Source: Callorhinchus milii (lineage: Eukaryota). From it: 64,000 nucleotides of DNA. A program made the translations under genes and the position numbers. The stretch lies in assembly GCF_018977255.1 (NCBI RefSeq), contig NW_024704743.1:73348001-73412000 (forward strand), in the 5' to 3' direction. Below are positions 1 to 9,791 of this stretch, piece by piece. Under the pieces are notes generated by a model that ran no database searches, was not told the DNA's origin, and saw only the letters and a list, made by a program, of their open reading frames with translations. The first letter of the stretch is position 1. Each line of letters starts with the position of its first letter.

Positions 1-300
1 GGCAGAAATGCTGAATCCCTGATGGTGGGGCGGGAAGTGCGGGGGACCTGAAGCAGGCTGATATGGGGTTATGAGTTCAGAGAGGTAGGGGGAGGGGAGC
101 AAGACCGTGGAGGGCCTTGAAGGTAAGAACAAGGGTTTTGTACTCGATTCTCTGAGGAATGGGGAGCTAGTCAAGCCGGGCAAGAACAAGGGTGATAGGT
201 TCTCAGAGCATGGTGCAGGAGAGGACACGAGCCACAAAGTTCTGAATAATCTGCAGCTTGTGGAGGGAAGAGTTGGGAAGTCCAGTGAGCAGGCAGTTGG
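1..300 (-). mobile_element. L2 LINE ORF2 C-terminal fragment, degenerate
   Basis: Reverse complement matches the L2 segment encoding [10 protein letters not shown] seen in better copies at 3634-4363 and 18925-20054. Confidence 0.8.
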
Positions 301-469
301 CCTAATCAAGCCAACTCAATATAGTCAATTGATGATTTCAAAAATGAGGTTTGCAATAAAGGAGCTGAATAATTATTAATAACTATGTCCCAAGTGGAGG
401 GGACCTGACTTTTTTGGCAATCAAACCTTACTTAATGAAATATAACATTGCAGGAAGAGTCATTAAGTA

Positions 470-1402
470 AAAATGACCTGGACGTGGGTATAGGGAGTAC
501 AATTTCCAAGTTTGCAGATACTAAGCTAGGAAAAGTAGTAAACAGTGAGGAGGATAGTAGTAGACTGCAAATGGACATAGACAGACTGGTAAAATGGGCC
601 GACACGTGGCAGATGAGGTTTAATGTGGAGAAATGTGAAGTGATGCATTTTGGGAGGAAGAATGAGGAGAGGCAATAGAAGCTGATGGTACAATCCTAAA
701 GGGGTGAAGGAACACAGAGACCGGGGGGTCATATACGTAAATCTCTGAGGCATACGGGATACTAGACTTTATACATTGGGGCATAGAATACAAAATTCAA
801 GAAGTTATGATGAACCTTTATAAAACATTGGTTAGGCCTCAGCTCGAGTACTGTGTTCAGTTCTGGGCCCCACACTTTAGGAAGGATATCAAGGCAGTGG
901 AGAGGGTGCAAAGGAGATTTACCAGGATGGTACCAGGAATGAGGGACTTCAGTTATCAGGAGAGGCTGCAGAAGCTAGGATTATTCTCCTTGGAGCAGAA
1001 AAGGTTAAGTGGAGACTTAATAGAAGTTTTTAAAATTATGAGGGGTTCGATAGGGTGAAGAGAAGATTAACTATTTCCACTGGTGTGTGGGTCAGTAACC
1101 CGAGGACACTGATTTAAAATAGTTGTTAAAAGAAACGGGGAAGTGAGGGGAGATTTTTTCACACAGCGAGTTGTTTGGATCTGGAATGCATTGCCTGAAA
1201 GGGGGGTGGAAGCCAATTCGATAACAGCTTTTAATGGAGTAGTAGATAATTATTTTGGGAGCACAAGTTTGCAGGGTTCTGGGGAGAAAGCAGGGGAAGT
1301 GAGATTGAATTGGATAGCTCTTTTCAAATAGCCGGTACAGACACGATGGGCTGAATGGCCTCCTTCCGTGCTGTATAATTCTATGGTTCTATGATTCTAT
1401 GA
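470..1402 (+). mobile_element. CR1 LINE, 5'-truncated (RT C-terminal half + 3'UTR)
   Basis: ORFs with ISKFADTKLG, LYKTLVRPQLEYCVQFWAP and FFTQRVVWIWNALP; ends in ATTCTATGGTTCTATGATTCTATG tail; frameshifted. Confidence 0.93.
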
Positions 1403-1414
1403 AAAGCTATTGAT

Positions 1415-1820
1415 GTCATCTTGGCTTAGTTGGTAGCACTCTCTCCTCTTGTGCAGAAGGCTGTGAGTTCAAACTCCTCCCATCCCCCCATGTTGGAACT
1501 TTGAACTCATAAGTCGAGGCTGAGACTCCAGTGCAGTGCTGGAGTTGTGCTGCACTGTTGCAAGTGTGCTTTAGATGAAATGTTAAACTGAGGTCCTGTT
1601 TGCCTGTGGACATTAAAGAACCCAAGGCACTAATTGAAAAGAGAAGAGAGGTTCTGGCCAACAATCTCCCATGTAAATTTGGTCATTAACTTCATGCTTG
1701 ATGTGGGACATTGCTGGAGAAATTGGTTGCCATGTTTGTTTACAAAATGTGTGATCACTACAATTTACAGTAAATCCTTTGAAACGCTTTGAAACTACTT
1801 CCCAATACAAGGATTATTAT
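1415..1820 (+). mobile_element. tRNA-derived Deu-domain SINE (SacSINE1/AmnSINE1-like)
   Basis: A-box TGGCTTAGTTGG, B-box GAGTTCAAACTCC, Deu-like core GATGAAATGTTAAACTGAGGTCCTG...GGACATTAAAGAACCCAAGGCACT, AAGGATTATTAT tail. Confidence 0.85.
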
Positions 1821-2689
1821 CAACAAACTGATGTGAAAATGCTCAGAATATATTGAAATGATTAACCTTGTTATTAAAACCAGTGTGTTTGTTTGTTGGA
1901 TGTCTTGTGACTACTGCATCTAATGAATGAGAATTACACCTAAATTCCGCAGTTAATAAAAGTCCCAAAAGGTTATTTTTTAAATTTAATTTTGGGCTAT
2001 CTAGCCAGTACTGAGATCATTTGCAAATACATGACAACTACCCTAATATTAAGGAGACTACAAAGGCAAAAGTGAGGTGGAGATTAAATATTTCTTTATT
2101 GCAAAATTCAAATTGAGTTCAATATGTTCTGAAAGGGAACAACCAATTTCTTTTTATGAGCAGTGCTCTCAGCAGATAATAAGAGAGGACAATGAGAAAT
2201 TAAATTGGTTATAGAATTACAAGCTCTGTGATCTTTGTCTTTCTTGGGAATCCTAGAAATGCCAGCTTTTCCTCTGAGTGTTAATTCTGCTAATTGCAAG
2301 TTTTCTTGAAACCTCTTGTAGTGCAATGAAAATCAAATCGATACAGCAATGAAAAGGAGCAACAATTTCAGTGGAATTGGTACCTTCCCTTTTGCCTTGA
2401 AGACAATCGTCAATTTTATTTTGTTAATGATGCAGTTGTACGCAAATATGCTGCTAGCATTTTTGAAAGATTGTGAGAGGACAGTTCTGAATTGTACTAC
2501 CTGCTTCTAAATCGGGTAAAGCGCAGATCACTTCATGAGCAATGAATTGTAAACATAGATCTCTGCTTAATGGTCTCTAACTGCTGTTGATATTTCTTCA
2601 GGTTAGCAGAGGGCTTTACTATTTGTAGACATTAATTCAGTCATGTCATTCCTCATAAGTCATGCTCAAGCTGTGCAGTGCTCTGATCA

Positions 2690-3540
2690 GACTGACTTAA
2701 AGTACTTCATATAGTTCTGGTCACTGTGACAAAAGAGAATCGACAGTGCACAGGGGCTTTACCCGTGTGTTACAAGGATGAGCTATGACGAACAATTACT
2801 TATGCAGACATTCTTCATGTTCTTCTTGAAAGTAGAAGTGTCAGAGAGGACCTTATTGAAGTATATAGGATGCTTCATGGAATTCAGAAAGTAGATCCAG
2901 AACAATACTTACTTAAAAAAGCAGACAGCAGGACAAGGAAGTATAAATTTAAGGGAGCCTTGCCTCCTTCAAAGTTGGTCAAGGCTATCCATGGCCTTGC
3001 CCCCTCCTACTTCTCTGACCTGCTGACTCCCTATCAACCTGCCCGCTCCCTCCGTTCATCGTGCTCCGGTCTGCTCCATGTCTCCCGCCCGACCTGCCCA
3101 ACCATCGAGTACCGGGCTTTCAGCCTCTCTGCCCCCACACTCTGGAACTCCATCCCATGGTCCCTTTGCCTCCTTCAAGGCCAGTCTTAAGACCTTTCTC
3201 TTCGACCATGCCTTTAGTCTCCCTCCCACCTCTCTGCCTGTCTTCCCTCACCCCTACACCACCCCCCCCATGCTCAGGCCCCGACATCTGACTTTTCAGC
3301 GCTTTGGGACTTCCACCCGACATGAAAAGTGCTCTATAAATGTAATTTTGTTGTTGTAATGAAAAGTAATTTAGGGTAAATGTCAGAAAGCTCTTTACTC
3401 AGGGGTTGAATTAGTTATCAGGAGTGTGGTTGAAGCCAAGGCACTGGACTCAATTAAGAGACAGCTCGACTCTGCAATGGAAGTAGGTAGTGTTAGTATT
3501 CTGGAAGGAGAATATTAAACAGATAAGGGTCTTCTTACAT
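2690..3540 (+). mobile_element. Old CR1 3' fragment interrupted by an L2 insertion
   Basis: CAGTTCTGGTCAC/GAGCTATGA-like and AGAGAGGACCTTATTGAAGTATATAGGAT motifs before 2950; CR1-like sequence resumes at 3358. Confidence 0.7.
2980..3357 (+). mobile_element. L2 LINE 3' fragment nested in CR1
   Basis: KAIHGLAPSY...RAFSLSAPTLWNSIP translation, L2 3' stem-loop and TTGTTGTTG tail. Confidence 0.9.
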
Positions 3541-3633
3541 AGAACACTACAGCAGAGGTATTGCCCATTTGGCCCAACTCGTCGGGGATAGTGTTTCCCG
3601 GGGGAACACTGGGGACACTGGGAACCAGGGGAC

Positions 3634-4363
3634 AACCCTGGTTCACGCCTTTGTCACCTCAAGGCTGGACTACGGGAACTCTCTCCTCGCCAGCCTTCCC
3701 GCCACCTCCCTCCACAAGCTGCAGGTCATTCAGAACTCTGCAGCTCGTGTACTGTCCCGCACCAGGCTTCGGGACCACATCACTCCCACCCTCGCTCGCC
3801 TCCACTGGCTCCCCATCCCCCAGAGGATTGATTTCAAGATCCTCATCCTCACCTACAAGGCCATTCACGGCCTTGCTCCCTCCTACCTCTCCAACCTACT
3901 ATCCCCCTACCTACCTGCCCGTACCCTCCGTTCCTCTGGCTCCGGTCTGCTCCACGTCCCCCGCCCCAACCGCCCTACCATCGGTGGTCGGGCCTTCAGC
4001 CTCTCAGCCCCCAGGCTCTGGAACTCCATGCCCCAGTGCCTTCGCCTTGCTTCCTCCCTTTCCTCCTTCAAGGCCGGTCTCAAAACCTTTCTCTTTGACC
4101 GTGCCTTCAGCTCCCTTCTCGATTCTCTTCCCCCTCCTCGCTCCCTCCCTTCCCTCCCCTCCCCCTGACCATTTCCCCCCTCCTTGCTCCCTCCTTTCCC
4201 TCCCCTCACCCTGACCATTTCCCCCCTCCTCGCTCCCTCCCTTCCCTCCCCTCACCCTGACCATTTCCCCCCCTGCTCGGGTCATGACCCAGCTGTGCAG
4301 CGCCTTGGGACGTCCTCCTGACGTGAAAGGCGCTTTATAAATGGAATCTTGTTGTTGTTGTTG
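3634..4363 (+). mobile_element. L2 LINE, young 5'-truncated copy
   Basis: Open frame [18 protein letters not shown]...FKAGLKTFLFDRAF; 3'UTR with ~44-bp unit repeated about three times (4125-4275); stem-loop AGCGCCTT..AAGGCGCT; (TTG)n tail. Flanked by pieces of a minus-strand CR1 3' end. Confidence 0.95.
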
Positions 4364-4514
4364 TATATTTTACACAAGCCTCCACCGCTCCTAAGTCCCC
4401 CGTCTATTCCCTTCCCTCTTGGGTATGCAGCAAGTTGCCTCTTAATCACACTGATGCTTTTTTCTTCCACCACAACTCCAAAATTCTTCATTGTCTGAAT
4501 GTGTCATCCTGTGC

Positions 4515-4955
4515 ACCATCCTGGCTCAGTTGGTAGTATTCTTGCCTTGGATTCAGAAGGTTGTGAGTTCAAATCCCATGTCATGATTTGTACTCAAGTC
4601 TAGGCTGACACTCCAATGCAGTGCTGTGGGGAGGGGGATATCCTTTGTCGGAGGTGGCATCCTTCAGGTGAGACATTCAACCAAGGTCTTGACTGCTTGT
4701 TAAGTTGGACATCAAAAATCCCGTGACACTATTCAAAAAGACAAGAGAGTATTTCCTGGCGTCCTAGCAAACAATCCTCCAAATAAAATGGGTCATTTGT
4801 TTGATGGCTATTTGTGGACCTTTGCTGTGCGTAATTGAGGTGCCACATTTGCCCCAAATCTACAGTCACTCCAATTCACAGTAAATTCCTGTGAAGCACT
4901 TTGAGACATGCTTCTGGTGTGAAAGGCTTTATACCCAGGTAAGGATTTTTATTAC
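4515..4955 (+). mobile_element. Deu-domain SINE
   Basis: TGGCTCAGTTGGTAG A-box, GAGTTCAAATCCC B-box, Deu core and shared SINE tail. Confidence 0.85.
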
Positions 4956-5099
4956 AATTTCTTGTGAATATTTAAGAGGAATTTAGCCAAACTGCAAACT
5001 AACTTTAACACTAAAAAAGTGGCTTGGGGCTGATTGCAGTACAGTGTAATATGATTTACATTTATACAGGTTGGAAGGATGTGTCAAAGAGGTTAACAA

Positions 5100-5320
5100 T
5101 GTTGGGTGGGCACATGAGCTGGAGATGGGAGCTGAGGGGAGTGGAAAGAAGAAAGGTAACTGGAAGCATCTTCAAGGAGGTATATTATGAGCCGCGGCTT
5201 GAAAAAGACGAGGGGGGAGCGAGTCGGAGAGACTCCAGAATGGAGTTTCAGAGAATGGGAGCAAAATGGCTGAATGTCGACTGGCCAATGTTAGGGCAGA
5301 TAGAGCAGGGTACATGAAGG
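5100..5320 (-). mobile_element. L2 3' fragment, degenerate
   Basis: GAATGGAGTTTCAGAGAATGGGAGC and GGCTTGAAAAAGACGAGGGGGGAGCGAG match the L2 reverse complement. Confidence 0.65.
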
Positions 5321-5344
5321 ACATAGTGACACTCCCATAGGTCA

Positions 5345-5830
5345 CGCAGAAAATCACAAGATTAATTTGGATGAAGAAAGGGTTTGGCCCATCTGATCTG
5401 ATCCCTCCAGAATACCCACCCATTGTCCTCCTATCACAGCATCAAGCTTTTTTTTTTTAAAAAAAGAGTCCAGTTTCCTGACCACAGACACCTTCTCTGG
5501 TAACCTATTCCGGTCTTTAATTACCCTCCGGGTAACAAAAAAGACTTCCTGGTATCTATTTTGAAATTGTCCTTTGCAATTCTAAACCTATGTGCTCTTG
5601 TTCTACTGTCTTGGTGCATCCTAAAATATTATCTGGGTTTACTTTTCAATCCCATTTAAAATGTTATACACCTCTAAAAGGCCCTTTCTGAGACTTCTTC
5701 TCTCAAGACTATAGACCCCTGCCTTTTCTAATCATTGCTCATAGTTCATTCCTCTAACACTTTTGATCATCCACGCTACTCTTTTGTTGCGGTGACCAGA
5801 GCTGTGTTCAGTACTCTTAAGTGCGGCCTG
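5345..5830 (-). mobile_element. Old CR1 3' fragment
   Basis: GGCCCATCTGATCTGATCCCTCCAGAATACCCACC is the reverse complement of the CR1 3'UTR seen at 35060-35136; TGTGCTCTTGTTCTACT matches the RT C-terminus. Confidence 0.7.
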
Positions 5831-6639
5831 TGGTCTCACAGCAACAGTCACACTTCTGTTATCGTGCTCTTCATGCTTAAGAGTGAGATGAGAACTGCTT
5901 CACATCAATGCAAGGCAGTGACATAACTGCTCCATTAATTTACTTGATGGTTCCAGTTATTTACAACTTGTGCAAGCTTAGATAGGGTTTCTCTAAAAAA
6001 ATCATCTAATTATATTCCTCCTCCTCAGCTTACTGATGTACACATCTTTCCATTTTCAAAAAAAATCTCAGATGTCAGTAAGATCAGCCCATATTCAGCA
6101 CATATAGCAGCTGAAATCAAAACATTTGCATTCTGTCAAGTTTAATCGCCATGCCAACAGTGCACCAGCTTCATCTCTGTGTTCAGAATGTGTTTGGTGG
6201 GTGTTGGAAAGAGCGAATTTGATTCTCTTGATTCAGGAATCTGAATATGTTAAGCCATTCTAATTCATTAGTGTTTTGGTACATATATGTTGCTTCTCAA
6301 GCTCTTTAATCTCTTTAATAAGATCCACTTGCTCTGCTAGATTTGTTTTCCTTCGTTATCCAGAATATGACAGTTTTTCTCTGGAGTATTTTGTATATGT
6401 TATACAGTTGTACTGTATATATGAAGAGATAGTGTATACCTTATAACACAATTGGCTGACAAGAGTTCAATGACTGCATGATAAGTGAAGCTCTATAAAA
6501 TGGATGACTTTTGGGTAGTCAGGTTGCAACTGACAGCACTTCCTGCGCACATAGGGGCTATGGACAGCAAGAGCTAATGATATCACTTCCTGCACATAGT
6601 ACACATGCGCAGCATGCAATACACGCTTCAGTAGCTACT

Positions 6640-6783
6640 CCTTCAGCTCCCCTTTCGACTCTCTACCCCCTCCTCGCTCCCTCACTTCCCTCCCCCTGAC
6701 CAGGTCCCGACCCAACTGTCCAGCGACTTGGGACGTCCTCCCGACCTGAACGGCGCTCTATAAATGCAATCTTGTTGTTGTTG
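6640..6783 (+). mobile_element. L2 3' terminal fragment
   Basis: Matches the L2 3'UTR, stem-loop and (TTG)n tail. Confidence 0.85.
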
Positions 6784-7484
6784 TACTCCTGTCTCTGGAA
6801 CTCCCAGCCTCTAACCCTCCGCCTCGTCCTCTCTTTATCTATCTTTAAATCTCTCCCTAAGGGGTTTGCTGAGAGAACACAGTCAATGCACTTTATAGGA
6901 TGTCCTGCAAAGCACTTTGGGACCACCTCTCAATGTGAAGGCACTATTCCAAATGTCAGGATTTTACTGTGACCTAGATCCACAGAGATGGATGAAGTCC
7001 TATTAAAAATTCAGAATATGTCTCAACCAGAAACAAAAATAACAATTTGCATTGATATAGCGACTTTGAGGACATCTCAAATCATATTTAAGTTTTATTT
7101 TCAATAAATTGGGATACAAAAAAATGGGATGAGTGCATCCAAGATTACTTGGAAAATCTGGTTTTGATGCTGAAATTTTGGATAGCTCACTGGAATAAAT
7201 TTTTGAATGAATTATGTTTACCTATTAAAAATGCAAAGACAGATTGACAAAGTTTAAGATAACTTGGAATGTATTGAACTGAAGGAAAATTATACAGGAT
7301 CTGACTGATCATAAGGGCTACTGAGACATCAAGATTGTTTGTCTCATTCTTTCTTTCATGTACTCATTGATATTGTGTGTTTACAGGGCTCCTTATCACA
7401 TTATTGAGATGCTTCAAACAGGTTTAGAGTATATTTTGTAAAGTGTTGTGTGAATTTGGGGGCAGCAGCTAATTTGTCCCACAA

Positions 7485-8095
7485 TACAACAACAACTTGC
7501 ATTTCTGTAGTGCCCTTCAAGCAGGTTAGCGTCCTGGAGTGCTTGGCATTGGTGAAGTCCGATGCCGAGCCAGGGGGAGAGGGAGGCAGGAGGTGACCGT
7601 AAGCACGATCAAAAAGGTCTTTAGGTGGGATTTGAAATTGTGGAGGGAGGGGGTAAGGCAGAGTTTCGGGACTTAGTGGCTGAAGGTACGGCCACAAATG
7701 GTGGAGCAGAGGGGTTGCAGGATGAACAGGAGGCCAGAGTTGGCCGAGCAGAGGCAGTGGGTGGTGGATTGGGGAGTAAGCAGATTGGATAGGTAGGGAG
7801 GTGTGAGGGCATGAAGGGATTGCAAAATAAGTGAAAGGTTATTGAAATCGATCCATTCAGTAATTGGTAGCCATTGGAGCCTGGCAAGAACTGGTGAGAT
7901 GGGGGTATGGAGTTTTGTACGGGTGAGAATCCGGGTGGTGGAATTTTGGATTAATTGGATTTTGTGTATGATGGAACTGGGGAGACCAGCAAGGAGGGCA
8001 TTGGAATAGTTCAGCCAGGAAGTGATCAAGGTGTGGACAAGAGTTTCTGCTGGTTTGATTGTGAGGTATTGACAGAGGTGTGCAATGTGATGGCA
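7485..8095 (-). mobile_element. L2 3' fragment (older subfamily)
   Basis: ORF AETLVHTLITSWLNYSNALLAGLP...LARLQWLPI; (AAC)n tail at 7485. Confidence 0.85.
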
Positions 8096-8149
8096 GATCA
8101 ACACAATAAGTTAAAAACTATTAACACAATAATAGTCAATAGTAATTAA

Positions 8150-8515
8150 TCGTGTCGCACGAACAGCCATGACCAATTTCATTTGGGGAACCGCTGACCA
8201 GGACATCAGGATAAACTCCCTTACAGAAATATAGAAACATACAAAAATCTATAGCATAGAAGAGGCCATTCAGCCCATTCTCTGATTATGCCTGATTAAC
8301 CCTTCTCTTTTCAAGTAGTGCCATGGGATCTTAAAGCTCCACCTGGACAGACAGCCAAAACCTCACTTTAATAACTCATCTAAAGATGGAATCTTCAACA
8401 GTGCATCATTGGAGTGTCAGCATAAACCATTCGGGTTAAAGTCCTGATATGGGTCTTGAACTCATAATCTTCTGGGTCAGGGATAAGAGTGCTAACAATT
8501 AAGCCAAGCTAACAC
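8150..8515 (-). mobile_element. Deu-domain SINE containing a small CR1 tail piece (~8225-8310)
   Basis: AGTGCCATGGGATCTTAAAG...CCACCTG, and reverse-strand tRNA head at 8450-8515. Confidence 0.7.
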
Positions 8516-8764
8516 TTTAACTACCTATCAACCCAAAGGCCACTTAGGTTATAGTGCCAAAAGGTGTTGTTTGAAAGGAGGCAAAACATTCACAGGAGAA
8601 AATCGGAGGACGGAAGGAAAATTGGTGGAAATAAATAAATTTATTGTGATATTTATTGAAAACATTGTAAAACAAGATGTTGTTTATGTTACTTTTTGTT
8701 ATACTCTGTCCTACGGCCTCTGATCTTCACTCAGTCTGAATCAACATCTTGATAGAATTTCACT

Positions 8765-9347
8765 TTAGCTTAGTTGATACCACTGTTAAGGGCTTTGAGC
8801 TCTGGGCTAGCATTCCAGTGAGCTGTTTGGGGAGCCAACACAGATTATTGGAGGTATCATCCTTTGGATAAGAGGTCTTGTTGTGGAGTCCTGTAGGTTA
8901 GTGGTTAAAGCACTCACCTCACAAGCGAGAGACCTGGATTTCATTCCTGGCAGATGAAATGTTAGCCAAGTTTCCTTACTCCACACGCCTCTGTTTACCT
9001 AGCAATAAATAGGAAAGCAGTTGTTAATCGATTGGCGTATTGCTTTTCCGGGGTAACAATTCCTTAAAAATAATAATAATAATAAATTGGTCACTCCAAT
9101 TCAAGACTGTTTGTGGGACACTGCTGTGGCCAATTGGCTGCTGGGTTTCGTCAACAAAATATACAGTCAATTTACTTTACAGTATATTGTGTGAAGCGCT
9201 TTGAGACATCTCAAAGACGTGATAATGCACTATACCAAGTGCAAGGATTATTATTATTAATATATGATTATCTACCAGTTCAGGTGGACTTTAAAGAAAC
9301 TATGACACTTTGAAAAGAGAAGAGGCATTTTTCCAGTGTTCTGACCA
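8765..9347 (+). mobile_element. Deu-domain SINE split by a second SINE
   Basis: Head and core to ~8880; core resumes CAGGTGGACTTTAAAGAAACTATGACAC at ~9280. Confidence 0.7.
8883..9260 (+). mobile_element. tRNA(Ala-like) SINE family 2, long variant
   Basis: GTGGAGTCCTGTAGGTTAGTGGTTAAAGCAC head, CAAGTTTCCTTACTCCACACGCCTCTGTTTACCTAGC body, AAGGATTATTATT tail. Confidence 0.9.
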
Positions 9348-9425
9348 GGCGAGGACACGGCTCTCCAATCGACCATTGGACACGGCCCTCCAACAGACCA
9401 TTCTGTGACAGGATAGGGCGAGAGT

Positions 9426-9790
9426 CAATAACAACAACAACAAGATTCCATTTATTGAGCGCCTTTCACGTGGGAGGACGTCCCAAGGCGCTGTACAGTT
9501 GGGTGAGGACCCGAGCAAGGGAAAAATGGTCAGGGTGAGGCGAGGGAAGGGAGGGAGCGAGGAGGGGGTAGAGAGTCGAGAGGGGAGCTGAAGGCACAGT
9601 CAAAGAGAAAGGTCTTGAGACCGGCCTTGAAGGAGGAAAGGGAGGAGGCGGCGAAGGCACTGGACGATAGAGTTCCAGAGCCTCGGGGCTGAGAGCCTGG
9701 CCACCAATGGTAGGGCGGTTGGGGCGGGGGATGTGGAGCAGACCGGAGCCAGAGGAACAGAGGGTACGGGCAGGTAAGTAGGGGGATAAG
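9426..9790 (-). mobile_element. L2 short 3' copy, in tandem with the long copy
   Basis: (AAC)n tail, stem-loop and PYLPARTLCSSGSGLLH translation. Confidence 0.93.
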
Positions 9791-9791
9791 T

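Noticed and set aside
4125..4275. CRISPR-like or novel repeat array
   Set aside because: Spacer-less tandem expansion of the L2 3'UTR in vertebrate DNA.
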